Source: Amoebidium appalachense
Lineage: Eukaryota; Protista; Ichthyosporea
Length of the DNA: 64,000 nucleotides
NCBI GenBank assembly: GCA_963693365.1
Contig: CAVNZM010000011.1
Location: forward strand, 124,001 to 188,000
Reading direction: 5' to 3'
Positions 52,691 to 64,000 of the stretch are shown here, piece by piece; within the stretch, counting starts at the first letter, position 1; every line of letters starts with the position of its first letter. The notes beneath the pieces are model-generated. The model was not told the DNA's origin, searched no databases, and saw only the letters and a list, made by a program, of their open reading frames with translations. A program made the translations under genes and the position numbers.

Positions 52691-53416
52691 ATTCCTGCTC
52701 AGATCCCGCCTCTCAGTTGGTTTGGCCCAGGTATGTAACGACCCCAGCAGGTGTAAAAAAAAGCTACTAAATACAACACACACAAGAGAGAAATAGAGTA
52801 GTATCATGCTGATATCTTCGCACTCTTTTTATCGATTTAGCGCAGATCAAGTGTTCTTACAGACGACTGTAGCAGCAGCAACAAGTGACGGTCGACCAAT
52901 CTGGTGGTCGACCAGCGGGGGTGGCAATTAGACGTCCGACCATCTCATTGGTGGACTAGGCAAACATGTGACAAGAAAGGCCGGCGCCGCACGGGCGTGT
53001 GTAGCTGAGGCAAACAGCAAGTTTAAGATATTTTTAGGAATTTTTACCTTCAAATACGCGTGGTGTATGTAGCTATATATTAGCTTGTGAATCGTATTCG
53101 CATTATTTAAAGTTTGTAATGTTTGCTGAGAACATTTTCTTTCAAAGATCTCTCAGCCATAATTGGCAGATATAAAAACAAATCATAATTGAGGATCTGC
53201 GATAACCCAAATATTTTCGATCCCAAGATCTACACATTTAATTGGCTTGCATAAAGAAGCCTTCTGATGTATAATTCGCTAGAGATAAGAGTAGCACTGT
53301 AGCAGACATATAAAACTTCCCCAGGCTTTTTTCCCCCAACGTTTCTTGTTTCTTTTGACGTTTTTTTTTTTTTTCGTTGCTTGAACTTGAAACGTGAACA
53401 AGCTTTCTCAGACACA

Positions 53417-54775
53417 ATGAAGCCTGCACGGTCTGCGCTTGCGAGCCATGCCTCTCAGGCGGCCGAGAGCATTCTGGGGCCGCAGGACGAGGACCCGCGG
53501 ACTGTGGAGCTGCCGGCCAAGGTGAGCACTGTGGACGACCTGCGGCTGCTGGAAAAGGCCGAGGAGTGGGGCGCCCTCATAGGCGAGCTCAGGAACATGT
53601 TGCGCGCAGAGCCCAAGCTGCTGGAGGATGCCTGGGTCAAGGCCTGGATGGGCAAGCGCTGGCGCAACATCTTCATCAGAGAGGCCACGGCCGACAGCAG
53701 GGCCGTGGACCACGCCACCGAGAAGTCGCGGCTCAATGTTATCGGCCTGTTCAAGGACCAGCGGTCCGACGCCCAGAAGGTGGCCGAGTGCTATCTGCGC
53801 CTGAGCGGCCCCGAGGAGTGGGTCTGGGTCACGGGCACGGACGCCATCCGCGCCATGCCCGAGGTCGTGCTGCCCGAGAACATCAACACGGGCGTGCTGT
53901 TTGCGCCCGGTCTCGTCAACGGCTGGCTGCCTCGCCGCGCCTTTGACGCCGCCCTGCCCCGCATAGTGGAGCGCTTTGGCATCAAGGTGATGCGTGTGGA
54001 TGCCCACCCTATGCGCGGGTGCATAGCCAACCTGCAGGACTTTAAGGACGCACTGGGCGGTGGGCGGTGCCGTGATGCCGAGGCCAACCTCGTGGAGGGC
54101 CTGGACTTTCCCGACCGGTTCATCTGCATCGGCTACAGCAAGGGTGCACCGGACCTGCTAACGCTGTTTGCCGAGTGCCCCGAATTCCAGAAGCGCTGCC
54201 GTGCCATGTACACGTGGGCGGGGGCCATAGGCGGGTCGTACATGGCCGACGACGCCTACAACACTTTCCGGCGGTTCCCCAACGACCTGCTCAACACGCA
54301 CGTGGAGAGGGTGCTGCAGCTGCTGTGCCCTGTGGTCGAGCTGAGACAGGGCCCCCTCTACCGCCTGCCTGAGGTCGACGTGGGCGACGCCCTGCTGCAC
54401 CTGACCACAGACTTTCGCGAGGCATACAACAAGAAGCACATGGCAACGTACGAGCAGTTCCCCTTCCCCGTGTTCCACCTGACGGGCAGCACGGAGGCCG
54501 AGAGTCTGCCCTACTTCCAGGTGGGCGGCTACAAGACGCTGGCCCGCTACGACGCTAATAACGACATGCAGCTGACCCAGGCAGAGGCCATGCTGGACCT
54601 GCCGCAGTCGGCACACCTGGCCATGGTGCACGCCAACCACTGGGATATGAGCTACCCGGACTTCCCCCTGCTCTACACCCTCGGCTCCCGCCAGCTGGTG
54701 CACTTTTTCCCCCGTGAGGCCGCCATGACCGCCATGGTGCTGCTGTGTGCAGAGCTGGGCCTCATGTCCGACTAG
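53417..54775 (+). CDS. Alpha/beta-hydrolase (lipase/esterase-like), intronless (452 aa)
   Basis: Long GC3-rich ORF with oxyanion-like VLFAPGL, nucleophile elbow IGYSKGAPD, GAIGGS, candidate catalytic Asp (NNDMQL) and His (ANHWD). Confidence 0.88.
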   Translation: MKPARSALASHASQAAESILGPQDEDPRTVELPAKVSTVDDLRLLEKAEEWGALIGELRNMLRAEPKLLEDAWVKAWMGKRWRNIFIREATADSRAVDHATEKSRLNVIGLFKDQRSDAQKVAECYLRLSGPEEWVWVTGTDAIRAMPEVVLPENINTGVLFAPGLVNGWLPRRAFDAALPRIVERFGIKVMRVDAHPMRGCIANLQDFKDALGGGRCRDAEANLVEGLDFPDRFICIGYSKGAPDLLTLFAECPEFQKRCRAMYTWAGAIGGSYMADDAYNTFRRFPNDLLNTHVERVLQLLCPVVELRQGPLYRLPEVDVGDALLHLTTDFREAYNKKHMATYEQFPFPVFHLTGSTEAESLPYFQVGGYKTLARYDANNDMQLTQAEAMLDLPQSAHLAMVHANHWDMSYPDFPLLYTLGSRQLVHFFPREAAMTAMVLLCAELGLMSD

Positions 54776-55084
54776 GCCTCTGGCTGGCAGTAACTTAGAT
54801 TGGAACTAATATAGATAGCTGAAGGGCGCTGCTTGCCCTTGCATATAGGTAAACATGCTCGAAGGGTAGTGCCCTGCTGTTAGTGGGCCTGTGTTTGTAG
54901 TGAATTATTTAGCACCAGACAGGCAGTGGTGAAAGGATTGTGTTATAGATTTAGTCTTTTGGGTTGTCTGCGGCTGGCTCGTGGCTCACCCACAATCAAT
55001 AGATGCCCCTCCAAGAGGTATGCACCCCCGGCCCCACCACACACACTAAATATCCCTATCCCGCCCCCCCCCCCTCCCCCCCCC

Positions 55085-55115
<31 letters not shown>

Positions 55116-55980
55116 ATACCCCTTTCCCCCTACACCTTCCACCTTTCCCTGTCCCCATCCACCTATCCCATCCCTCTGTTGCTCTGTTGGCTACCGCGTA
55201 GCACGTGCAAGCATACTATGGTACACACAAACACGCAGTCGTGAAGATGCACAGCACACACATGCGCACACCCGATGGAAAACTCGCAGCACAAACACAC
55301 ACATATACACACGGCACAAACTCACGCAGGCGAGTTCACACATACACAGTGGGACACACTCACACAGGCATGCCTGCGCACACAACCACACACACACACA
55401 CACGCGCACACACACACACACACACACGCACCCGGTCACTCATCCTGTATCATATCATTCCATCCAACCAACCCCGCCCCCTCCTCCCCTCTCCCCCCCC
55501 CCCTTCCCCCCTTCCGTCCTCTTCGCCCCCCTCCTCCCCCCTCCCCCCCTTCTGGCCTATCAATCACCGGATCTTCCTAGCTGGGGTGATATTACAGACA
55601 ACAGACAAGCTAGGCAACCATCCCACCGCTTGGAGACTAAAAACACACTGTGTGCACAGGCAGTGGACTGGACACATGTTATTGTAGCAAGACCTCTATG
55701 GCTGCCTATCGGATGCCTGGGGGGGGGGTGCATGAAAAGAGGCCTCGGGGGGGTGGGGGGGGTGGGTGGGGGGAGGGGGGGGAGGGGGGGGGGGGCACAT
55801 GCGCAGGAGGAAGTACGCTGAGTTAGTGAATATTGGGCATTGTTTTGCTGCCCCTTCAAACTGAAATCCACTCATTGCCCCCCCCCCTCCAACCCCCTGC
55901 CCCCCCCTCCCCCCTATTTTCCCCCTAGCATAAATTTTACACTTTTTCCTCCCACACCCCCCTCCCCCACCAACACACCC

Positions 55981-56139
<159 letters not shown>

Positions 56140-57310
56140 GCGCGCGCGCGCGCGCGTGCGCGCGCATGCACGCATACACATACAGGTCCGCTTTCTAAAC
56201 CTCCTTATGCTCTCAACTCTGCCCCTCCAGCAACCAACTATCCACGGTTACCCTCACATATACGTGCCCCACATTCCCTCCCCTTCCCCCCTCTCCCCCC
56301 CACTCTCAAAACAAAAACCAAAAAACCAAAAAAAACAAGCAAACAAACAAGCCACATCCTTTCTTCTACCCGTTCCAACCACCACATTGTCACCAGTAGC
56401 CTGCCTATCCATGTCTCCCCAGTAACAGGAGGGAGGGGGGGGATGGGGGGAGGGGTAGGGGGGCTGATGTTTGGGTGGAGAGAAAACCATGCTGTCTGCA
56501 ATGTTTGGACATCCTGGCACGACCCAGTATCAATCTGCTGTGGTTGGTGCCTCGATCTTTTCATACAATCTCGATCTTTTCATACAATCCCCCTCCCCCA
56601 ACCCTCCCCCCCCCCGCTCCGCCCGCCCGCCCTCTCTCCCCGTGTACTTTGGCCAAATGTACAATATTGCCGTCATGATGTGTACTTGGCACTCTGTAAC
56701 ACACTCCTCTCCCTCCCCCCTCCCCCCCTCCCCCCTCCCTCCCCCCGCCCCCTCGTTCTTCTGTCCCAATGTCTCGAACTGTACAATAGCTGACGGATTA
56801 CAAGCCTACTGATATGTAACTGAAGGGTCGGGGGATGGGGGACATGGGTTGCGGGCGGGCGGGGCGGGGAGGGGGGGGGCGGGGGGAGAGAAAGAGGGGG
56901 TCGGGGAGGAGGGGGGGGAGGGAGGGGGAGACAGAAAGACACCTTCAAAGCACTAAAGTAGGAGGGGAGGGGGAGGGGGGGAGGGGGCCCCCAGTGGAGG
57001 ATGAAGAAGTGTGTGTCTGCACGGGGCCCGTGGAAAAGGGGCAGCGTGTACGTCTTCGTGTGTGTGTCTGTCTGCAGTGTGTGTGTGTGTGCGTGTCTGT
57101 GTGCGGGCATGCCTGCAGAGGGGAGGTGTGAGGAGGTTTGAACGTGCAGTTCTGTCTTGCACAAAGGGGCCATAGATGGCACGGCCACACATCCATTTTT
57201 CATTCTGATTGGCTAGCACTATCCCCCTAAACCAGTGGCCACCTAAGTGCCCTGACCATGAAGTGCCGGCAGAAGCCATTTGGGGTTCATGGACACATCA
57301 TGCCCCATCC

Positions 57311-57413
57311 GGTTTATGGGGTGTGGCTGGCATGTCTCGGCCTGCTGTGAATACTGGAAGCAGGACCCGGGTATGTGCATGTGTGTTTGCACATCTGTGT
57401 GTGCGGTGTGTGC

Positions 57414-57475
<62 letters not shown>

Positions 57476-57524
57476 GCGTATGTGCCACGTGTGTGTGCGC
57501 GTGCACACACGCACACACGCACGC

Positions 57525-57588
<64 letters not shown>

Positions 57589-57602
57589 CACACGCACGCA
57601 CG

Positions 57603-57665
<63 letters not shown>

Positions 57666-57816
57666 GCGCACATACACACACGCACATACACACACACACA
57701 CTGCACACACATACACACACAGATGTGCAAACGCACACGCACATACCTGGGTCCTGGTTGCAGAAGTCGCAGTCTTCTAGCTGGCCGAGAGCATGCCAGC
57801 CACACCCCATTAAACT
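57311..57816. mobile_element. Foldback / long inverted-repeat element with a (GT)n-(CA)n core
   Basis: Left arm TTTATGGGGTGTGGCTGGCATGTCTCGGCC...CAGGACCCGGGTATGTGCATGTGTGTTTGCACATCTGTGTGTG matches the reverse complement of about 57712-57816. The interior is (GT)n followed by (CA)n. Confidence 0.6.
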
Positions 57817-58616
57817 TGTGTGTGTGCATGCGCACAAAAGCTTGTTTGGTGGGTGCGGTCTGTCAATTTGTGCGTGTGCATGCGCACGTGTGTGCACCCG
57901 CTCGTGTAGGCAACGTGTGTTTTTGTGTGTGTAGGAGGAAGACGGGGGTTCCCGTTGGTTGAGAGGAGGAGAGTGGGGATGATGTGGTGCAGTTTGGGCA
58001 CATATGATTGGTCGAGAAGAAGCAACAGGTGTTGGTGTCTGTTGCCCTGGTTGGTGCATGTCTGGGGGGATGGTTGCCTTCTTTGGCCCCATTCTCGTAA
58101 GGACTGTGTGGTGAGGGCTCTGCATTTGCAAAGATGGGGGACGGAGACATCGGGGAGGGGGGGGAGGTGGGGAGGGAGGGAGGGGGGGGAGCAAAGAAGC
58201 GGGTGACAGGTGGTGGTGGTGGTGGTGGTGGTGTGTGTGTGTGTGTGTTGGAGGGGGAGGCGGAGGGAGGGAGGGGGAGGGGGAAGGCAGGAGGGGGGGG
58301 GGGAGGGGAGGGAGGAGGGGAATGGGAAGGGACAGAAGCAGGCAAACTGGGAGGGAGGGAGGGGCATGAAGGGGGGGGGGGGGGGAGGGGGGGGGGCACC
58401 TGGATGACGAGGGAGGGAGGGGGGGAGGGGGGGTAGATCTGTGTTGCAGAGTACGAAGTAAACCATCACGACTGACGCAAAACAGAGACTAGCCATTTTC
58501 AGCAGGGTCTCTCTTCTCGGGGGGAGGGTCATCCACATTCCCCGTGATCTGACCCATTCCCTTTGCTAACATGGGTCATCCGTATTGATCCAGAGACGAG
58601 CAGGGGGGAAAAAGAA

Positions 58617-58650
<34 letters not shown>

Positions 58651-58734
58651 AGGAAAGAGAACAGAAGCAGGTGGGGCAACGGCCGTAAGGGTCATCTCAC
58701 TGTTTGACCTCGAGGGTGTCTATGGCCCCATTGT

Positions 58735-58870
58735 GCGTGTGAAATAAGCGATGCTATGTGAAGTAAAGGAGGATATGTGAGCATGTGTGTGAAATAAGCA
58801 AATGTATGTGTATATGTGAAGTAAGTGAGGACTGACGGCATGTGTTATGTGTGAAGAGAAGGTACGTGTG

Positions 58871-58903
<33 letters not shown>

Positions 58904-59170
58904 GTAATTGAGGATATGTGCGCTAGTGGGAAGGAAATGTGGGCATGTGTTTTATTTGTGAAGTAAGTGAGGTATTGTGTGCTAGCTTGGAGGAAGTGAG
59001 GGGTATTTGGGTGTGAAGTAAGTGAGGGGTATATGTTTTAAGGTTTTGAGGGTGTGTGGGTGGGTGGGTGAGACTTTGGTGAAGGTTTGTGTGTGTGTGT
59101 GTGTGAAGTAAGTGAGGATTTGTGTGTGTGGTGTAACTAGGGGCATATGCCTTCACAGTGAAGTGAGTGA
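58735..59170. repeat. Degenerate repeat with GTGAAGTAAGTGAGG core, about 10 copies
   Basis: Recurrent TGTGAAGTAA(G/T)TGAGG cores with variable GT-rich spacers. Confidence 0.7.
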
Positions 59171-59578
59171 AACGTATGTTTATGAAATAACGGGATGTGT
59201 GTGCCTGGAAATTGGCAACCCCCCCCCCCCTCCCCCTCTCTCTCTCTCCCCCCCCCCCCCCCCCCCCCCCAGTCCCTCCCACCCCTTCTCTTTGTTTACG
59301 GGAAGGGGAGGGGGAGGAGGGGGGGGGGGATATGCTAATTCCGAAGGCAACGTCCTGTACAGGCACAGCCCTTCCCCCCTCCCCCCCCCCTCTCCGGTCC
59401 TTTGATTTACTTTAAGTCCAAGAAGCAGCAAACAAGAATACGGCCACAAGACGGGCGGTGGGCCAAAGGCACGTGGTGGGTGTGGTGATTGTGGTGGTGG
59501 CCGCTGCTTTGGCAGTGGTGGTGAGGTGGGACGGGAGCGTGGGGAGTTTGTAGGGGGGCTGGGGGTGGGGTGGGGCGT

Positions 59579-59609
<31 letters not shown>

Positions 59610-59942
59610 GAGGAAGGGGGAGGGGGGGGGGGGGGGGGTGCACATGTGGGCCATTTTCATCAACTCACAAACCAGCATGATTCAAAACATTCCTATTGGG
59701 CAGCTCTGCATGTCGGGATAGCCTATTGGGTGGTTCTACAACTGGCAACGTGTGCCGATTGTGTTTGAATTACTAAGTACACCCATTCTTGCTAGCAGCC
59801 AGTGTATCTACAGTGCAAATTAAACACAGCTACGAGGCAACCTATTTACAGCCATGCTCGGCACAAGCCCCGTTCCTTTTACACACCTGTGTATCAATCA
59901 TTTTCTACCCCAACCCAATTATGTAGTAAACACATGTGGGCT

Positions 59943-61254
59943 CTACTTGGCCCGCTTGAACAGTGCCGCCACCTTCCTAACCAGTGCATTCTTATCGAAT
60001 TCCTCAAAACCCAGTGTGTAGCCCAGCCTCACCACCACCAACTCCCTTGACGGGAACACGGCCACGACCTGGCCGGCATAACCCCCACAGTAGAACCCAT
60101 CGGCATAGTCCTCTGGGCCCTCCCCTGCCATCAGCCACACCCCTGCCCCATATGTGTTGTTGCTGCCGGGCACAGGCACACGGCTGTATTCGGCCCAGCC
60201 CTCGGCCAGCACCTGTCTACCCCCCCATGTGCCGTTGTTGAGGTGCAGCTGCCCAAATCGGGCCCAGTCCCTAGCTGTGGCCAACGAGACGGACGACCCC
60301 ACAAACGTGCCCATGGAGTCTGTGGCCATGCGCATGCTGTGCGCCCCAATGGGCCCAAACAGGCGGTTGTGGGGGTATGCCCAGTAGGCGCTGTCACCAC
60401 CGTTACCACTGAAGCTCAGCCGCAGGGCATGCTGCAGCAGGTTGGTGCTGCCGCTGCTGTAGAGCCACTGGCTGCCGGCCACATGGGCCTGCGGGTGGCT
60501 GGCCACGTAGGCGGGGATGGAGGGGGTGGTGAACAGCATGCGCGTCACATCGGTCACCGCCCCATAGTCCTCCACCCACTGCACGCCACTGGTCATCTCC
60601 ACCAGGTGGCGCACAGTGATGTTGCGGATCTTCTTCTCGTCCGCCGTCCAGAACGGATTGGCCGCCAGCCCATCCAACCGCATCTTGCCGTCTGCAATGC
60701 GCATGCCCACGAGGGCCGCTGTGAGGGACTTTGTCATGGACCAGCCCACCAATTTTGTGTGGCGTGTGATATTGAGCCAATCAGCATACTGCTCGTACAC
60801 GATGCGGCCCTTGTGCACCACCACAATGGCCTTGGTGCGTGCCCCCTTCACATATGTCTCGTTTGCAGCCAGATTAAACTCCCTGCCCAGCACACTGGCT
60901 AGCTGCACGTAGTCCACGTCAGCAAAGGCATCGGCACTGCCCCGCAGCGCCTCTGGCCAATCATCGGCCTCGTCTGTGCTGTTGGTGGTGTTGGGGGGCA
61001 GGCTGGGCACTATATTCTCATCAAAGACCATCTGGCAGCCAAACGCATCCACCACGTTTGCAGTGCGTGAGGTGTTTGAACCGGGGAACGACACGGTGAC
61101 GCTGTGCTCTGTGGCGTTGTATTTGAGGCCGGGTGGCACCCCCGGCAGGTCCAGGTCAGTGGCTCTGGCCGAGGCCTCAGTGCGGTTGCTGGCCAGCACG
61201 TTCATGCAGTACGTGTAGGCCGCTGCACCTGTGGCTAGGGCGGCAAAGTCCAGG

Positions 61255-61345
<91 letters not shown>

Positions 61346-62196
61346 TATGCGTGTGTGTGTATGATCCAGGAAGGGGGAGGGAGAAGGGTACCGGTGAGAC
61401 ATGCACCAAGGTTATGGAGGTGTGTGCATGTATGTGTGTGAGCCGGTGCGTCCACATAATATTTGCTGGCGGATTATGTGCACGCGTGTGCATCATGATA
61501 TGTATGTGTGTTTGTGTGTGTGTGTGTTTAGAAGGGGAGGAGGGTGGGGTGGGTCGGTGCCACGATGGAGCCGGAAGGAGGAGCTCGAGGGTGGAGCGAT
61601 GGGAAGGGGGGGGGGGGCTGTGCATGTGTATGGGTGGTTGGGTGCGTAATCGATCCAGTGTGAGAAACGGCATACATGGCTAGTGGGTTTCGACAGGGTA
61701 TAGTTGTTGCCCCATCTTTAGATCTAGGCTACTCTGGCAGAGCATGTTAAGTCAAATGCGCCATGGCCGTGTCGACCACCGCAAAGAAGTAATGAAGACC
61801 AAGGAAACCACAACTTGACAAAAGCATTGTAAGCTGTACGCAACCCTGTCACACTTGAGGGATATGAAATCGTGCACATGGTTTGTCATCTATGTGGTAA
61901 CCAAGAGCGCATCTCCATTTGCATGGCTCGACAGGAGCCAAATTGGCAGTGTTTGCCGTAACGGTTTGCATTGCAATAGCAAACATGCTGTCTCACATCT
62001 CACAGCACACAAGGGTGTGCCCGAGCCCTCATGCAGCCACAACCTCACCACGTGAATTGCACATACATTTATCTGGGGCGTTGCACACTGGAGGCGTAGT
62101 TGCTTCCGCTCTAGCCCTACGGGAGAGTATCGAAAAACCAGCGTTGACTCCACAGGCACACAGGCACACAGCAAGGGCTAGTGCCTTGGCTGCCAT
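59943..62196 (-). CDS. Secreted serine hydrolase, beta-lactamase class C / AmpC-related family (486 aa)
   Basis: Exon 62196-62049 encodes signal peptide MAAKALALAVCLCACGVNAG and is spliced in phase 1 to exon 61255-59943. Motifs TKAIVVVHKGRIVYEQY, WSMTKS (SxxK), ITVRHLVEMTSG, WLYSSGSTNLL, TARDWARFGQLHLNNGTWGGRQVL, GYAGQ...PSRELVVVRLG. Confidence 0.93.
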
Positions 62197-64000
62197 CCTT
62201 GCAGATCTTGCAGCGTGGGAACAGAGCAATCTATTATTCGCAGTATTAGGGGTGCGTGTATTATGTGCCAGCCAACGTGGAGCTACTCAGTACTATGATA
62301 GAAGCCTAGAGAGCGGCGAGAGCTGGTCATGAACAGAAGAAGGCCACACAACAAACTGTTCATGAGCGAGCGCCTGAGTCTGACGTCTGTTTTGTTGTCA
62401 ACGTGACCCCTAAGATCTTCAATATATCTGGGCTTGATGGAACAAGGATCAGGATTTTCTCAATGGCAAAGAAAAGTGAAAGAGTATTTAAATCGTCATG
62501 AAAAACCCCCCCAAGTCTATGATTTTGTGAGTGAGCCCAACGTGACTACCATATAAGGTAAATACGGTTCTTATGAGCCAATAGGGAACTTGCTGGTCAC
62601 AGCTGGACTGAGGTGAGCTGGTGCCAGTCTGACTGCTGATTGGCTGCTCAATGAGCAACAATTGCACAGCTGTTCAACTTGATGCCCAACTCAGAGCTCT
62701 GCCGGAGACTCCCGGGACCCGGTCCGCCGGAGTCTGTAGTGCTCGAGGGCGGTGTGCCAGTGGCCACTTACAAACTGTAGAGTTCATGACGCGCATGCGT
62801 GGGTGCTTGCCGCCTTGCAAAACCTCATTAGAAGGTGTGCCATATAGCGTGGCTTGCTCGGCCAGCCAGCCTAATTATAAGGGTCAGATTGTCTTTAGAC
62901 GGTCGAACTTTGCGTCCCTGGGAGCGATTCGACCATACGACATGCATCCTCTTTATACATATAATACTTGCTGACAGTCACTCTGCGTGGGGGTCTTACT
63001 ATGTGTTAGCGTGATAGAGGAGGTGCCGGGGGGGGAGGGGGGGGGGGGGGGAGGGGAGAGGAGGGGGGGGAGGGGGAAGAGGAGGCCTTGGGGACTTTCT
63101 GATAGGAGACAGTAGGAAGGAACAGGGGGAACAAAGAGGGCCACCGAGATAGTTGGGCCCAGAGCTATCACCGAAATGCCGGCAAGTCAGCGGTGCAATG
63201 AAGAGATAAGTTTGAACGGCTCAGCCTGTGAGGAAGGGCGGGATAAGGAATATATGCTCACGAAGCCAAGAAATCTCATGGAAAAAGCCCAGGATGAACG
63301 GAGCTTAGGGTGTTATATTATATGGGGTCAAGTATCGAGGATGCACACTTGTGATCGTGAGCGTATGAGGGATCATTTCACTATATTGGCCGCTCCTAGG
63401 CTCCCTCCGGAAGGATCCGGCCTATCCGGTGCGAGTGCATGCACGCGCACTTATGTCCAACTTGTGGGCTGGGTGTTCATGTGTATGGTGCGGTCGCGTG
63501 TGTGAGCGGCTGGACGGTCATTCATGGTCACGCTGCCCGTGCACGTTTAATTGTGCGCCCTTGTGACACGTGCTGACTCGATCACTGCTGAGCCTCGTGC
63601 CCGTTATTATATACGCAGGTGTTGATGGCATGTTTAACAACTTCGCGTGTGTTCTTTTATGCATACATGATTGTGTGTGAAGACAAAGGGTGAACGTGGT
63701 TCAAACAGGTCGGTGCACGTGGGCGTGTGGGTTAGGTGGTGGGGGAGAAGAGGGGGGGGGGGGGGGAGGGAGGGAGGTCTTTCGAGGGAGGGCTTCCATT
63801 GCAACGTTTCTGGTTTGTAGGCATCAAAATAATCATCGCCTTGATTTTAACGCATTCGTGTGTGGTTCCGGCAACGCTTGTTTCGGCTACTGGCTAGGGC
63901 TGAGCGGCTGAGCCATTGCAAGCAAGTGTGCTGATGGCGCCTCGAATCGGTCCAAGAACAAAATTGTGATCGCATAATCGAGATTTCAAAATCATGAGCG

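Overview
Eukaryotic nuclear DNA. It is intron-rich and saturated with (CA/GT)n, (CGTG)n, (CT)n and poly-G/poly-C tracts, so most of the supplied six-frame ORFs are microsatellite artefacts. Manual GT-AG splicing recovers about 12 genes: the 3' part of a RAP-domain (FASTK-like) gene, two hypothetical genes, Sm D3 (3 exons), synaptogyrin (4 exons), gamma-tubulin complex protein GCP3 (24 exons, 786 aa), an F-box protein with an XPA-like module, two paralogous intronless Ala/Thr/Pro-rich membrane proteins with a furin-type site, an FABP-like protein, a GxSxG alpha/beta-hydrolase and a secreted SxxK beta-lactamase-family hydrolase. Animal-like conserved genes alongside bacterial-like enzymes suggest a unicellular relative of animals (inference only). 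The most unusual signals are repeats that form or duplicate the splice sites themselves: (GT)n starting at donors, (CA)n running into acceptors with no polypyrimidine tract, and tandem arrays of complete branch-point+acceptor or donor cassettes. The furin-site mucin-like pair and the FABP/hydrolase block also stand out. No rRNA, tRNA or CRISPR array was found. All family calls come from motif recognition, not database searches.
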